DNA from: Deltaproteobacteria bacterium
Lineage (GTDB): Bacteria > Myxococcota > Kuafuiibacteriia > Kuafuiibacteriales > Kuafuiibacteriaceae
DNA: 64,000 bases
Reading direction: 5' to 3'
NCBI GenBank assembly: GCA_040218735.1
Contig: JAVJQW010000057.1
Span: 416,001 to 480,000 of the forward strand
Made by a program: the position numbers and the translations under genes. The stretch's first letter is position 1. Every line of letters starts with the position of its first letter. Of this stretch, positions 10,476 to 20,387 are shown in pieces. The notes under the pieces were generated by a model, which was not told the DNA's origin, made no database searches, and saw only the letters and a program-made list of their open reading frames with translations.

Positions 10476-11423
10476 GTGGTTCGCCGCATCGTCCGTATCG
10501 CCGTCGTCCTGTTCGTCGTGGCCCTCGGGCTCCTCGTGTGGACGTTCACCCCCGCGCGCCTCGACGTCGCACAGCTCCCGGCGGACCTCGAGCTCCCCTC
10601 GGCCTCGCCGCCGCCGGGCACCGCGGTGTACGCGCTCACCACGGCGACCGTCGGATCCACCGCGATGTTCGCGTACCGCGGCGGCGAGGTCGGCGAGGCG
10701 CGTCCGTTCGCGATGACCGCGTTCCTGGTCGAGCACCCGCAGGGCTCCCTCCTGATCGACGCGGGGACGGCGTCCGAGGGCGAGGCGCACTTCGGCGCGC
10801 AGTCCGTGCTCATGACCGCGACGAGCAAGTACGAGCCGGGCGCGGCGCCGCGCGACCAGCTCGACGCCGCCCAGGTGTCGACCAGCTCCCTCGCGGTGGT
10901 CCCGACGCATGCGCACTGGGATCACATCAGCGGCGTCGCCGATCTCGAAGGCGTGCCGGTGTGGCTCCCCGACGTGGAGGTGGACTTCATCGACGGCGGC
11001 GACGCGAGCACGGCGCTCGCGCGTGACGTCGTGGACCGCGCTTCGATCGTCCGCTACGCCTTCGACGATGGCGCGTACCTCGGGTACCCGAAGAGCCGCG
11101 ACGTCTACGGCGACGGTTCGGTGGTGCTCGTCCCCGCGCCGGGTCACACGCCGGGGTCGGTGGTGGCGTTCGTGGCGACGTCGGACGGCGCGCGCTACGC
11201 GTTCGTCGGGGACGTGGTATGGCAGAGCGAAGGGCTCGAGCTCCCGGCGGAGCGGCCGTGGCTCGCGCGGTGGTTGGTGGACCACGACGCGGAGGCGGTG
11301 CGGCGGCAGATCACCCACCTGGCGGCGCTCGGTCGGCGTTTCCCCGAGCTGGTGATCGTCCCAGCGCACGACGCCCGCGCGGCCGCGAAGGTGCCCCCGC
11401 TCACACGTCGACCGCCGGGTTGA
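10476..11423 (+). CDS. Metallo-beta-lactamase-fold hydrolase (AHL-lactonase-like) with N-terminal membrane anchor
   Basis: LLIDAG, THAHWDH (HxHxDH), PGHTPG, VGD and PAHD motifs. Confidence 0.88.
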   Translation: MVRRIVRIAVVLFVVALGLLVWTFTPARLDVAQLPADLELPSASPPPGTAVYALTTATVGSTAMFAYRGGEVGEARPFAMTAFLVEHPQGSLLIDAGTASEGEAHFGAQSVLMTATSKYEPGAAPRDQLDAAQVSTSSLAVVPTHAHWDHISGVADLEGVPVWLPDVEVDFIDGGDASTALARDVVDRASIVRYAFDDGAYLGYPKSRDVYGDGSVVLVPAPGHTPGSVVAFVATSDGARYAFVGDVVWQSEGLELPAERPWLARWLVDHDAEAVRRQITHLAALGRRFPELVIVPAHDARAAAKVPPLTRRPPG

Positions 11424-11489
11424 CCCTGAATTCGTCGATCCTGGGCCCGTTCCGCGCATCGCTGACCGACATGTACCGATAAGACATAC

Positions 11490-14400
11490 ATGGTGCGCGT
11501 GGGTTCCGAGCGGCCGGGCGGAGTCCCGCCCGAAGCCCCGGATCCTGCGCCGTTCACCCCCCTCGACGTCGACGGCGCCGAGCTCCTCGCCACCGCTCAG
11601 CAGGCGGGCAAGATGTTGTACGAGGGCGGCCAGGCCGCGGCCGCGATGGCCCGTCGGGCCCCGCTGTTCCGGCCGACGTTCGATCGGAGGATCCCCCACC
11701 GCCTCGCCCAAGACGTCGTGAAGAAACGCCTGCTCCCGCTCCTGGAGCAGGTCGCCAAGGAGAAGTTCGCGCGACGTCGCTCGCGCGCCGAGAGCCTCCC
11801 GCCGCAGCTCTTCGCGCTCCTCGAACGCGCCGAGTCGATCTCCGACGACACCCACGATCCGGACACGCTCTTCGCGAGCGTCGTCGACATCACGCAGAAG
11901 CTCGAGCGCTTCCTCGGCGACCTCGACTACGTGAGCTTCGGACAGATCGGCCTCGTCTCCCAGCTCCGTTCGCTGTCGACGATGATGCGTACGTCGCGCG
12001 CGCTGTGGTCCGCGGTCCGCTCGGGTTACGCCTTCCGCGACCCCGCGCTCCGCCACCAGGGCCTGCGCATGATGGCGCGCTCGGACCAGCTCTTCCAGCG
12101 CGCCGCCGACGGCCAGGACATCACCGCGGATCTCGATCGCCTCGAAGCGGACTACACGAAGCTCGTCGGCGACCTGGAGTCAGCGACCGGACAGCCGCTG
12201 GGGTTGCCGGGCACGGAGCGCTTCGACACCGCGCGACGCGTGTGGAGTTACCGCCAGCGCGCCGAGGCCGAGATCCTCGAGCGCGACGGACGCACCGGGA
12301 CCCTCACCAACCTCGAGCTGTACGAAGACCTCCGCGAGCACGGCCTTCCGCCGCGCCTCGTCCGCGAGGAGCTCGACGCACACGTCTTTCCGGCGGTGCG
12401 TTCACTGATCGAGGCGGTCAAGAACGAACGCGGCGTCCTCCCCGAGCAGATCCGGCGTCGCGGGCTGAAGGTCGACACGCTGCTGTCGTCGCTCATCGAA
12501 GCGCCGAACATCGACATCGATATCGCCGAGGCGCGGGTCATCGAAGCCCAGGAGGAGATCTCCAAGCTCCTGCGTGACGTCGAGCGCCTCGTGCGCCCCG
12601 CCGACGGCCTCGCGCGAAAGCTCCGCCTCGCGAACGACGCCCTCCTCGGGCTGCGCGGCCTCTTCGTCTCGCTCCGCCTCGTCCAGGCGATGCAGGACCC
12701 CGACCTCGCCGACGACATCGCATCCGTCACCCGAGACGCGCAGCGACTGTTGAACGGCGAGGTCCCCGTGGCCGAGCTCCCCGCGGCGCTCGCGTCCCTC
12801 GAGCACCGCATCGACGAGCTCGACGGCGAGCTGCAAGACCGCTTGCACCTCGAGAGCACCCCAGGCCTGGGCGAGCTCCGAGACGCACTCGCCACGCTAC
12901 GTCGCGTCGCGCGCCTGCGCATCGCCGCCGACGCCGCGATGAACCCGGACATGCGCCGGGCGATCGACGCCTCGCAGAACATCGAGATGTCCGCCGAGGA
13001 GCGCGGCCCGATCTTCGACGCCGCCATGGGACAACCGCTCCTGGACGCCACCGTCGGACTGACCGTGGCGCTCCGCGAGCTGGAGCTCGGGTTCACGTTC
13101 GGTGAGCTGGGCGCCAAGCTCGAGCGAGTGCTCCGCGGCGAGGCCGAGGGCGAGGTGAGCCGCCTGGTCGCGCGGTCGCCGCTCGCGTTCCTCGCCAACG
13201 CGGAGTTCGAGACGGCGCTCTCGCGCTTCGACAACTTCATCGACCGCGTCGACACCCCCGAGGGGCGCGAGTTCGTCGACCGTTCGCTCGACATCTTCCG
13301 CGCGGTCTACGAGGTCGAGAAGGATCAGATCGCCCACTTCGCCGCGGTGGTCCCGGAGGAGCAGCGCACGAAGGTCGCGATCGGGCTCACCGAGTACATG
13401 GTGCGTTCGAGCGCGATCATGCTCGAGTGGATCTCGGCGCAGCTCGCGGACCCGACCGGCGACGCGGTCGCGGACTTCCTCGACATGATGGTCGACGAGT
13501 CGGCGAAGGACATCGACACGATGCGCACGTCGGTCGACTCGGAAGCGTTCGGCAAGAACGACGTCGTGTCGCTGCGCGCGCGCATGAACGAGCAGGCGCG
13601 CTGCGAAGCGAAGCGCGCCGGCGTGAACCAGCTCGGCAACTTCGGCACCCGCCTCGCCGAGGGGCCGGGGGGGCCGTTCGCCGCGCGCCTCCGCGCGGAG
13701 CGCGCGCGCCTGGAGAAGACACTCGCGTGTGTCCAGACCACGGAGCAGACGCGCGCGGCGCTCGAGGACGTCCTCTCGGACCTCAACGCCGCGGTGAAGA
13801 TGACCGTCAACCTGGTGCAGGTCTTCGGCGCGGCGAGCAACGAGCTGATGGACGCCGACGAGCGTCAACGCGTCATCAAGACGTCCATCGAACGCATGGG
13901 GCCGACGTTCATCAAGGCGATGCAGTCGCTGGTGAACATGGAGTCGATCGTCCGCAAGATGTCTCCGGACGCCCTCCCGCCCGGCAACGACCCCGTCATC
14001 GAGTCGCTAAAGCAGCTGCAGGACGACGTCACGCCGCTGCCGTGGCCGCTCGTCGAAAACCGCATTCGCGAGTCGTTCGAGCTCGGACCCGAGGACCGCC
14101 TCGTCGACGCAAACGGCGAGCGCGGCCTCTTCGTCTCCATCGATCCCGTCGCGCTGAAGAGCGGCTCGATCGGGCAGGTCCACCGCGCCCGCATCCGCGT
14201 GGAGAAGGACGGCGAGGAGCAGATCCAGGACGTCGTCGTGAAGGTGCTGCGTCCCGGCGTCGAGGAGCAGTTCGAGAACACGATCCGCGCGACGCGCCTG
14301 ACGCTCTCCGTGGTGGGTGAGCTCCTCCGCCTCGACAAGAACGGCGAGATCTTCGGCGACATCAAGGACGCCGCCGAGGCGAAGCTGCCGCTCATCGAGC

Positions 14401-15800
14401 GCGGCCTCTTCGGCTTCATCGAGTCGTTCCGCATCGAGACCGACTTCGGGCAGGAGGTCGACAACCGCGACCAGTTCGAAGCCGCGTTCCGCGCGGACCC
14501 GAACGTCGTCATTCCCGAGGTCTACGCTTCCCACACGAAGGGCGGCGTCCTCACGATGCAGGAGCTCAAGGGCTTCAAGCTGTCGCATTGGACGGAGCGC
14601 TACGAGTACGCCCTCGAACAGCCGCGCCTCGCCGAAGAGCTGGGACGTGTGCCCGCGGGAGAGGCGCAGGACCGCGCCGCGCGTTGGGCGAAGGAGACAC
14701 TCGGCCTCGAGCGCGCCAAGGTCACGCCGGTCAAGGAGCGTCGGAGCTGGGCGATGTTCGCGGTGGAAGGCAGGGATCCCACCGGCGCCCTCGTGCGCGA
14801 GAACGTCCGCGTCCGAAAGAAGAACGGGCAGATCAGCGTCGACGGGTTCTCGAAGCCCACCGGTGCGGCAGCGTCGGCGAAGGCGCGACAGTTCGCCGAG
14901 CGCCGCTTCGGCCTCCCCGTGAGGCGCTCGCACGCCGCGCCGACCAGCGGTGGCTTCAGGGTGCGCGTCGAGTTCGACGACGACCGACAGAAGAGCGCCG
15001 AGCTGTTCGTGATGGGCGCCGAGGGGAAGGTGAGCTCCAAACACAAGCTCCCGGACCTCTCGAAGAACGGCGCGCAGAACCTCCGCGACCGCCTGCGCCA
15101 GACCTTCATCGTTCAGATCGCGAGCCGGCTGCTCCACGGCGATCCCCACGAAGGCAACTTCTTCGTCATGCCCGACGGCAAGACGGTCGGCCTCATCGAC
15201 TTCGGGCTCGCGCTCGAGCTGGGCGTCGCGGACCTGCGCGGTCCGCTCGCGCTGATCTCGAGCGCCTACAACGACGACAACTCGGCGATGGCCAACGCGC
15301 TGCTCGACCTGTCGACCGCGCGCGACCTCGAAGGCGACGCTCGCGACGAAGCCTTGAAGCCGCTCGAGACGTTCTTCGCGGAGCTGTCGCGCGACGTCAC
15401 CGAGAAGTCCGACGCACGACCCAAGAACTTCCTGGGGCGCATGAAGGCCCGGCTGAGCAACGCGAAGACGATCGCGTCCCGCTCGATCGAAGCGGTGATG
15501 AAACACGGCGTCGTCCCGCTCCCGCACGTCGTGCATTCGCTGAAGGCCGTGTTCTCGATGCTCGGCAACATCGAACGCCTCGAGGACTTCGACGATCGCA
15601 AGCCGAGCAAACGTCGCACGCTCGGGCTTCTCGCGAAGTCCTGGCTGACGTCCGCGCTCGCGCCGTTCACGCCGAAGTCGGCCTCCGCGAAGAAGATGGC
15701 CCGCATCGAACGTGAAGCGCCGCCGCTGGACGTGCCGCGTTACGTCGTCGCGCCGAAGGTTGGGCCTCCTGAGCCCGACAACCTGCGGGACGTCGTGTAA
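11490..15800 (+). CDS. Giant ABC1/UbiB/AarF-family atypical kinase with ~800-aa helical N-terminal extension and internal insertion
   Basis: GPTFIK, LQD, GSIGQVHRA, VVVKVLRP, ETDF, LHGDPHEGN and IDFGL motifs. Confidence 0.88.
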   Translation: MVRVGSERPGGVPPEAPDPAPFTPLDVDGAELLATAQQAGKMLYEGGQAAAAMARRAPLFRPTFDRRIPHRLAQDVVKKRLLPLLEQVAKEKFARRRSRAESLPPQLFALLERAESISDDTHDPDTLFASVVDITQKLERFLGDLDYVSFGQIGLVSQLRSLSTMMRTSRALWSAVRSGYAFRDPALRHQGLRMMARSDQLFQRAADGQDITADLDRLEADYTKLVGDLESATGQPLGLPGTERFDTARRVWSYRQRAEAEILERDGRTGTLTNLELYEDLREHGLPPRLVREELDAHVFPAVRSLIEAVKNERGVLPEQIRRRGLKVDTLLSSLIEAPNIDIDIAEARVIEAQEEISKLLRDVERLVRPADGLARKLRLANDALLGLRGLFVSLRLVQAMQDPDLADDIASVTRDAQRLLNGEVPVAELPAALASLEHRIDELDGELQDRLHLESTPGLGELRDALATLRRVARLRIAADAAMNPDMRRAIDASQNIEMSAEERGPIFDAAMGQPLLDATVGLTVALRELELGFTFGELGAKLERVLRGEAEGEVSRLVARSPLAFLANAEFETALSRFDNFIDRVDTPEGREFVDRSLDIFRAVYEVEKDQIAHFAAVVPEEQRTKVAIGLTEYMVRSSAIMLEWISAQLADPTGDAVADFLDMMVDESAKDIDTMRTSVDSEAFGKNDVVSLRARMNEQARCEAKRAGVNQLGNFGTRLAEGPGGPFAARLRAERARLEKTLACVQTTEQTRAALEDVLSDLNAAVKMTVNLVQVFGAASNELMDADERQRVIKTSIERMGPTFIKAMQSLVNMESIVRKMSPDALPPGNDPVIESLKQLQDDVTPLPWPLVENRIRESFELGPEDRLVDANGERGLFVSIDPVALKSGSIGQVHRARIRVEKDGEEQIQDVVVKVLRPGVEEQFENTIRATRLTLSVVGELLRLDKNGEIFGDIKDAAEAKLPLIERGLFGFIESFRIETDFGQEVDNRDQFEAAFRADPNVVIPEVYASHTKGGVLTMQELKGFKLSHWTERYEYALEQPRLAEELGRVPAGEAQDRAARWAKETLGLERAKVTPVKERRSWAMFAVEGRDPTGALVRENVRVRKKNGQISVDGFSKPTGAAASAKARQFAERRFGLPVRRSHAAPTSGGFRVRVEFDDDRQKSAELFVMGAEGKVSSKHKLPDLSKNGAQNLRDRLRQTFIVQIASRLLHGDPHEGNFFVMPDGKTVGLIDFGLALELGVADLRGPLALISSAYNDDNSAMANALLDLSTARDLEGDARDEALKPLETFFAELSRDVTEKSDARPKNFLGRMKARLSNAKTIASRSIEAVMKHGVVPLPHVVHSLKAVFSMLGNIERLEDFDDRKPSKRRTLGLLAKSWLTSALAPFTPKSASAKKMARIEREAPPLDVPRYVVAPKVGPPEPDNLRDVV

Positions 15801-15847
15801 TCAGTCCGATTGACAGTCGGTGCAGGGAGGGCGAATCGCGATGGATC

Positions 15848-17887
15848 GTGGTTCGTTCAGGTCTCGTCAGCTCGGTCATCGTCATCGCCCTCGTGGGCTG
15901 CTCGGGGGAGGACGACCCCGAGGCGTCCTTCGAACTGACGCCGACGATCGCACAGGCCCCCGCCGACCCGCTCGCGGCGGCCGACGTCGAGAGCTGCCTC
16001 GTGTACCAGGCCGAGAGCTGCGTCGCGGGGAAGCAGCGCCAGTGCAAGATCTACGACGTCGACGCGGCGTCGTTCGTGGACCAACCCGACCCGCTCCTCG
16101 AGAAGGTCTACCTCTACGACCGCTGGTACGATCTCCACAGCTCGCCGATGGGCCTCACCGCGGAGCGCACGTTCAACGAGCGCATCGCCGGCGACATGAC
16201 GGAGGCCGAGTGGTCCGAGCTGAGTCGTTTCAATGGATGGGCCGGCGCGGGTGACGCCGGGATCTGGACCGGCGCGGCGCTGGTCTCGGATGCGTTCCGC
16301 TACGCGGTCAACGGCACCGAGGCCGACTACCACCGCATGGAAGATCGGGTGCGCGCGCTCCTGAAGAACTTCGACATCACCGGCGTGCCCGGCTACCTCG
16401 CGCGCTACCACTTCATCGGGATCGACAACGGGACGCCGCAGGACGATCAGCTCATCCTCGAGTACGGCGAGCCGGGTGACTCCGACATCGACATCCGCCC
16501 CGAGGTCCTCTCGAGCGTCGACCTTCCGCCGGAGTACAACAACGGGCTGGGGACGCCGCGCTGGAACGGCGACCCGTCGATCGACCAGTACACCGGACCG
16601 ATGATGGCGTTCCCGATCGTGCACGGCCTCCTGCGCGACGAGGCGATGAAGAACGAGATGACGCGTCACCTCACGTGTTACCTGAAGCGCCTCGAACGCA
16701 TCGAAGTCATCAACCTCCTCGCGCGCCCGGATCTCCTGGAGGAGCTGAAGGGGCTGTTCGGCGGGTCCGCGTTGCAGCTGGACCCCGGCGACCCGGACCT
16801 GACGAAGATCAAGGAGCTCGTCTGGTACGTGCACCCGGGTATCAACCGCACGAACGCGGCGGACTTCGTGGGTGACTGCCCCGACAAGGTTCAGCTCGAG
16901 CCTTCACGCGTGCTCGACGCTCGCAGCAGCAGCTTCGAGCTCGACCTGCTGACGCTCGCCGCCGATATCAACCGCGACGCGCGGAACCAGGCGAACCAGA
17001 TCGATCACTTCTACGTCGTGAACCTGCGCGGCGGGGACGCGAGCCACCTGATTCACCTCGCGTCCGTCGCGTACTTCCTCACCGGCGACGCGCAGTACAA
17101 GGACTTCATCTTCGACGAGCTGATCGGGAACATCGGCGCGGACGAGGTCGCGAAGACGATGATGGCGTTCCGCCTCCCGGACTGGTGCTTCAAGTTCTAC
17201 GGCGACCACATCACGTACGGCACGCACTGGCAGATGTTGACGATGCTCCCGGACGGCGAGCTCAAGGACGACATGCTGAAGGCCATGCACGAAGACGCGT
17301 GGGAGAAGGCGCTCTACAACCACGACAGCGCGAAGTTCAACGTGATGTACGCGTCGGTGGTGCCGGAGTCGATGGCGCCGAACCGCGCGGCGATCGTGCA
17401 GTCCGCGATCGAGCAGCTCGAGGACTTCGGCGGGAACGACGGCGTGAAGATGGCGCCGCGCCGGACCTATACGAGCTCGGTGCAAGTCGTGATCGACACC
17501 CTGCCCTCCGACATCTCCGTGCGCTGCCCGACCGAAGACGAGCGGATGCAGTGTGAGGCGCGGATGCAGTTCTTCGGGATCGACCTCGAGGGCAAGATCA
17601 TCAGCCGCGAGTGCGACGGGCGTCCCGGTGAGTGTGTGATGGACGACGGGATGTGCACGGACGGCGTCGCGTCGTCGGGCCTGCCGGCGCGGATGCGCGC
17701 GTACGGCGACTTCATGTGGCAGCGCAGCCCGTTCACCCTCGGCGCCAACTACGGCGGCGGCGACGGCCGCAAACAGTCGCCGGGCCGCGACCTCACGGAG
17801 CCCTACTGGATGGCGCGCTACTACGGGATGATCGCGGAAGGCGACGGCCACGTGCTCGCGTGGGAAGAGGTCGGCAGCTGCGAGTGA
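15848..17887 (+). CDS. Uncharacterised 679-aa lipoprotein, possibly an alpha/alpha-barrel enzyme
   Basis: Lipobox LVGC; GC3-rich codon usage; conserved-looking DAGIWTG..DAFRYA, W.GDPSIDQY and EPYWMARYYG segments. Confidence 0.75.
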   Translation: MVRSGLVSSVIVIALVGCSGEDDPEASFELTPTIAQAPADPLAAADVESCLVYQAESCVAGKQRQCKIYDVDAASFVDQPDPLLEKVYLYDRWYDLHSSPMGLTAERTFNERIAGDMTEAEWSELSRFNGWAGAGDAGIWTGAALVSDAFRYAVNGTEADYHRMEDRVRALLKNFDITGVPGYLARYHFIGIDNGTPQDDQLILEYGEPGDSDIDIRPEVLSSVDLPPEYNNGLGTPRWNGDPSIDQYTGPMMAFPIVHGLLRDEAMKNEMTRHLTCYLKRLERIEVINLLARPDLLEELKGLFGGSALQLDPGDPDLTKIKELVWYVHPGINRTNAADFVGDCPDKVQLEPSRVLDARSSSFELDLLTLAADINRDARNQANQIDHFYVVNLRGGDASHLIHLASVAYFLTGDAQYKDFIFDELIGNIGADEVAKTMMAFRLPDWCFKFYGDHITYGTHWQMLTMLPDGELKDDMLKAMHEDAWEKALYNHDSAKFNVMYASVVPESMAPNRAAIVQSAIEQLEDFGGNDGVKMAPRRTYTSSVQVVIDTLPSDISVRCPTEDERMQCEARMQFFGIDLEGKIISRECDGRPGECVMDDGMCTDGVASSGLPARMRAYGDFMWQRSPFTLGANYGGGDGRKQSPGRDLTEPYWMARYYGMIAEGDGHVLAWEEVGSCE

Positions 17888-17897
17888 CCCTCGCCGA

Positions 17898-19299
17898 TCA
17901 CGGCGGGATGAAGCAGTAGCTCGGGAGCGTCGGCGGGAGGCCGAACTGGTACGGCTCCGGCTGGACGCCACGCGGGTGATCGCGCAGGAACTCCCAGGTG
18001 AACGGCTGGCCCGGCGGGAGCTGGTGGCCGAACGTCCCCGAGCAGTGCACGACGAAGTGGCCGTTGTTCTGCAGGTTGTTCGAGAGGTTCAGCGTCGCGG
18101 TCTCGAAGGAGAAGCTCCCGTACGTGTCGGTCGGCCCACCCCACACCAGCAGCGCGGGGATCGGTGACTGCGGAACCGTGAAGCCGCCGAGCTGGCCGCC
18201 GGACAGCGCGGCGACCGACGCCAGATAGTTCGCGCGGTGCTGCATGAGGAACGTCGTGAACAGCGCACCCGCGCTGTGGCCGACGGACCAGACGCGGTTC
18301 ATGTCGACGTTGTACTGGACCGACAGGCACGCGAGGACGTCGTCGAACATCTCGATGTCGACGTTGTTCGGCGGGAGCACGCCGGTCTGCCACTCCCCCG
18401 AGCTGCAGCAGGAGTTGGGCGCGACGACGATGACCGGGTCGGTCCCGGCTGCCGTCCCGTAGCCCATCCAGCTCGTGGCGTCGGTCGGGTTGCCGCCGAG
18501 CCAGTGCCAAACGAACACCACGCCCGCGCCGACCGGGTTCGCGGGCAACGTCATGAGGAAGCTGCGCGACTGCCCCGCGGAGAGGAAGTTGAAGTTGTTG
18601 CCGTTGGTGAACACCGGGCACGTGCCCGGGTAGACCGGCGGGGTCGGCGGCGGCGGCGGCCCGCCGTCGGTCACGCCGGCGTCCGAGAACCCGGCGTCCG
18701 GGAACCCGGCGTCGGGTGGAGGACCGCCATCGTAGGGCGGAGGCCCCGCGTCGTACGGCGGAGGACCCGCGTCGTACGGCGGAGGACCCGCGTCGTACGG
18801 CGGAGGACCCAGCGTCGTAGGGCGGAGGCCCCGCGTCGTAGGGCGGAGGCCCCGCGTCGTAGGGCGGAGGACCCGCGTCGTAGGGCGGAGGCCCCGCGTC
18901 GTAGGGCGGAGGGCCCGCGTCCCGAGAGGTCACGACGCCGGCGTCGCGCGGCGGCACCCCGGCGTCGCGCGGCGCGGGGCCGCCGTCGTAGCCGTCGCCG
19001 GCGTCCCGCGGACCGCCATCGCGCACACCGCCGTCGGCGGGCCCGCCGTCGCGCAGCCCTGCGTCGCGGACCCCGGCGTCCGCGATGATCCCACCGTCGC
19101 GCGCGCCGCCATCGACGCTCCCGGCGTCGGCGGCGCTGACCGCTCCGTCGCGCCCGCCCGCATCCCGCGCGCTGGCGGGACCCGCGTCGTGCGGCGCGAC
19201 GACGAAGTCACTCTCCGCACCCTCCGGAACACAGGCGGTCGCTCCGATCAGAAGGAGCGCGCAGCCCCACACGCGCGCGCGCTCCGTCGACCAGGCCAT
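17898..19299 (-). CDS. Lipoprotein with DAG/PPPYDAG linker and C-terminal alpha/beta-hydrolase (esterase/PHB-depolymerase-like), split by a +1 frameshift at 18811
   Basis: Lipobox ATAC at the 19299 start; GHSAG nucleophile motif in the downstream frame. The span is 1402 nt (3n+1), and deleting A18811 gives one 466-aa ORF. Confidence 0.85.
18730..18921 (-). repeat. Nine 21-bp tandem repeats encoding PPPYDAG
   Basis: Plus-strand units cgtcgta(g/c)ggcggagg(a/c)cccg. Confidence 0.92.
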
Positions 19300-19427
19300 G
19301 GCCCATCAACCCAGAACCGGGCCCACGCGGCAACCGCTGCGTGCCCCGCCGCGAGGGTGACAATTCGTCAGCCGGACAACGGTCGGTCGCCGGACACGAT
19401 CCCACACTGGTACTGATCGCACCTGAG

Positions 19428-20387
19428 ATGAAGTCGCTCCGCGTCGCGCCCGCCGTCCTGTTCGTCACTGTGTTCGCCACCGTCGCCTGCAGCTCCTCGC
19501 CCGAACCGATCGAGCGCCTCGCGCCTCCGACGGATGGAGAAGGCTTTCAGCTCGCGATGGACACCACCGCGCCCGCGGGCAGCGAGATCTGGAAGTGCGC
19601 CGTCTACCCGATCCCGATTCAAGAGGGCCTCGCTCCGGTCAACAGCGTTCGCTATCAGCAGAACTCCGGGATGCACCACATGACGCTCTCCACCACCGGC
19701 ATCGGCGGAAAGAAGATCGACTACGGCATCTATGACTGCGAGGACCTCGGCGACCTCATGGACGAGGTCATCATGATCTTCGGCAGCCAAGGCGCCGCCG
19801 AGGACACCATCCAACTCCCGGAGGGCGTCGCCGCCACGCTCGTCCCGAACCTCGACATCATCCACGAGGTTCACTACGTGAACACCTCCGAAGCGCCGGT
19901 CGACGTCTTCTCGCGCGTGAACGCGTACACCATCCCGTCCGACGAGGTCGTCGAAGGCATCTGGGGCGGCCAGGTCCGCGACGAACACATCGAGATCCCC
20001 GCCAACAGCGAACACACCGAGTGGACCCGGTGCGTGATGAACGAGGACGTCGACGTCCTCTTCCTCGCCTCCCACACCCACCAGCTCGGCGTCGAGTTCA
20101 CCATCGCGCCGTTCGACGGCACGACGGTCGGCGACGTCTTCTATTCGAACGACGACTGGCACGACCCGAAGATCGTCCAGTACGACCCGCCGCGCGTGCT
20201 GAAGGCCGGCGAAGGGTTCGAGTACAGCTGCACGTGGCGCAACGACACGGACGCGATGGTGCCCTACGGCCTCAAGTCGACCGAGGAGATGTGCAACCTC
20301 GCGATCGTCCACACACCCTACAGCGAGTCCGCGCGCTGCGAGGTCGTCGAGACGAGCGACGGCGTAATCTGGTCGCCCGACGAATAG
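19428..20387 (+). CDS. Copper type II ascorbate-dependent monooxygenase-like lipoprotein (PHM/DBH fold)
   Basis: Lipobox TVAC; MHHM, EVHY, SHTH and EEMC copper-ligand pattern. Confidence 0.8.
   Translation: MKSLRVAPAVLFVTVFATVACSSSPEPIERLAPPTDGEGFQLAMDTTAPAGSEIWKCAVYPIPIQEGLAPVNSVRYQQNSGMHHMTLSTTGIGGKKIDYGIYDCEDLGDLMDEVIMIFGSQGAAEDTIQLPEGVAATLVPNLDIIHEVHYVNTSEAPVDVFSRVNAYTIPSDEVVEGIWGGQVRDEHIEIPANSEHTEWTRCVMNEDVDVLFLASHTHQLGVEFTIAPFDGTTVGDVFYSNDDWHDPKIVQYDPPRVLKAGEGFEYSCTWRNDTDAMVPYGLKSTEEMCNLAIVHTPYSESARCEVVETSDGVIWSPDE

Noticed and set aside
15806-15840. Perfect TTGACA inside a small palindrome
   Set aside because: There is no convincing -10 at 16-18 nt spacing
18730-18921. Direct repeats resembling a CRISPR array
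   Set aside because: The 21-bp units are contiguous, have no spacers, encode an in-frame peptide repeat, and have no cas genes nearby
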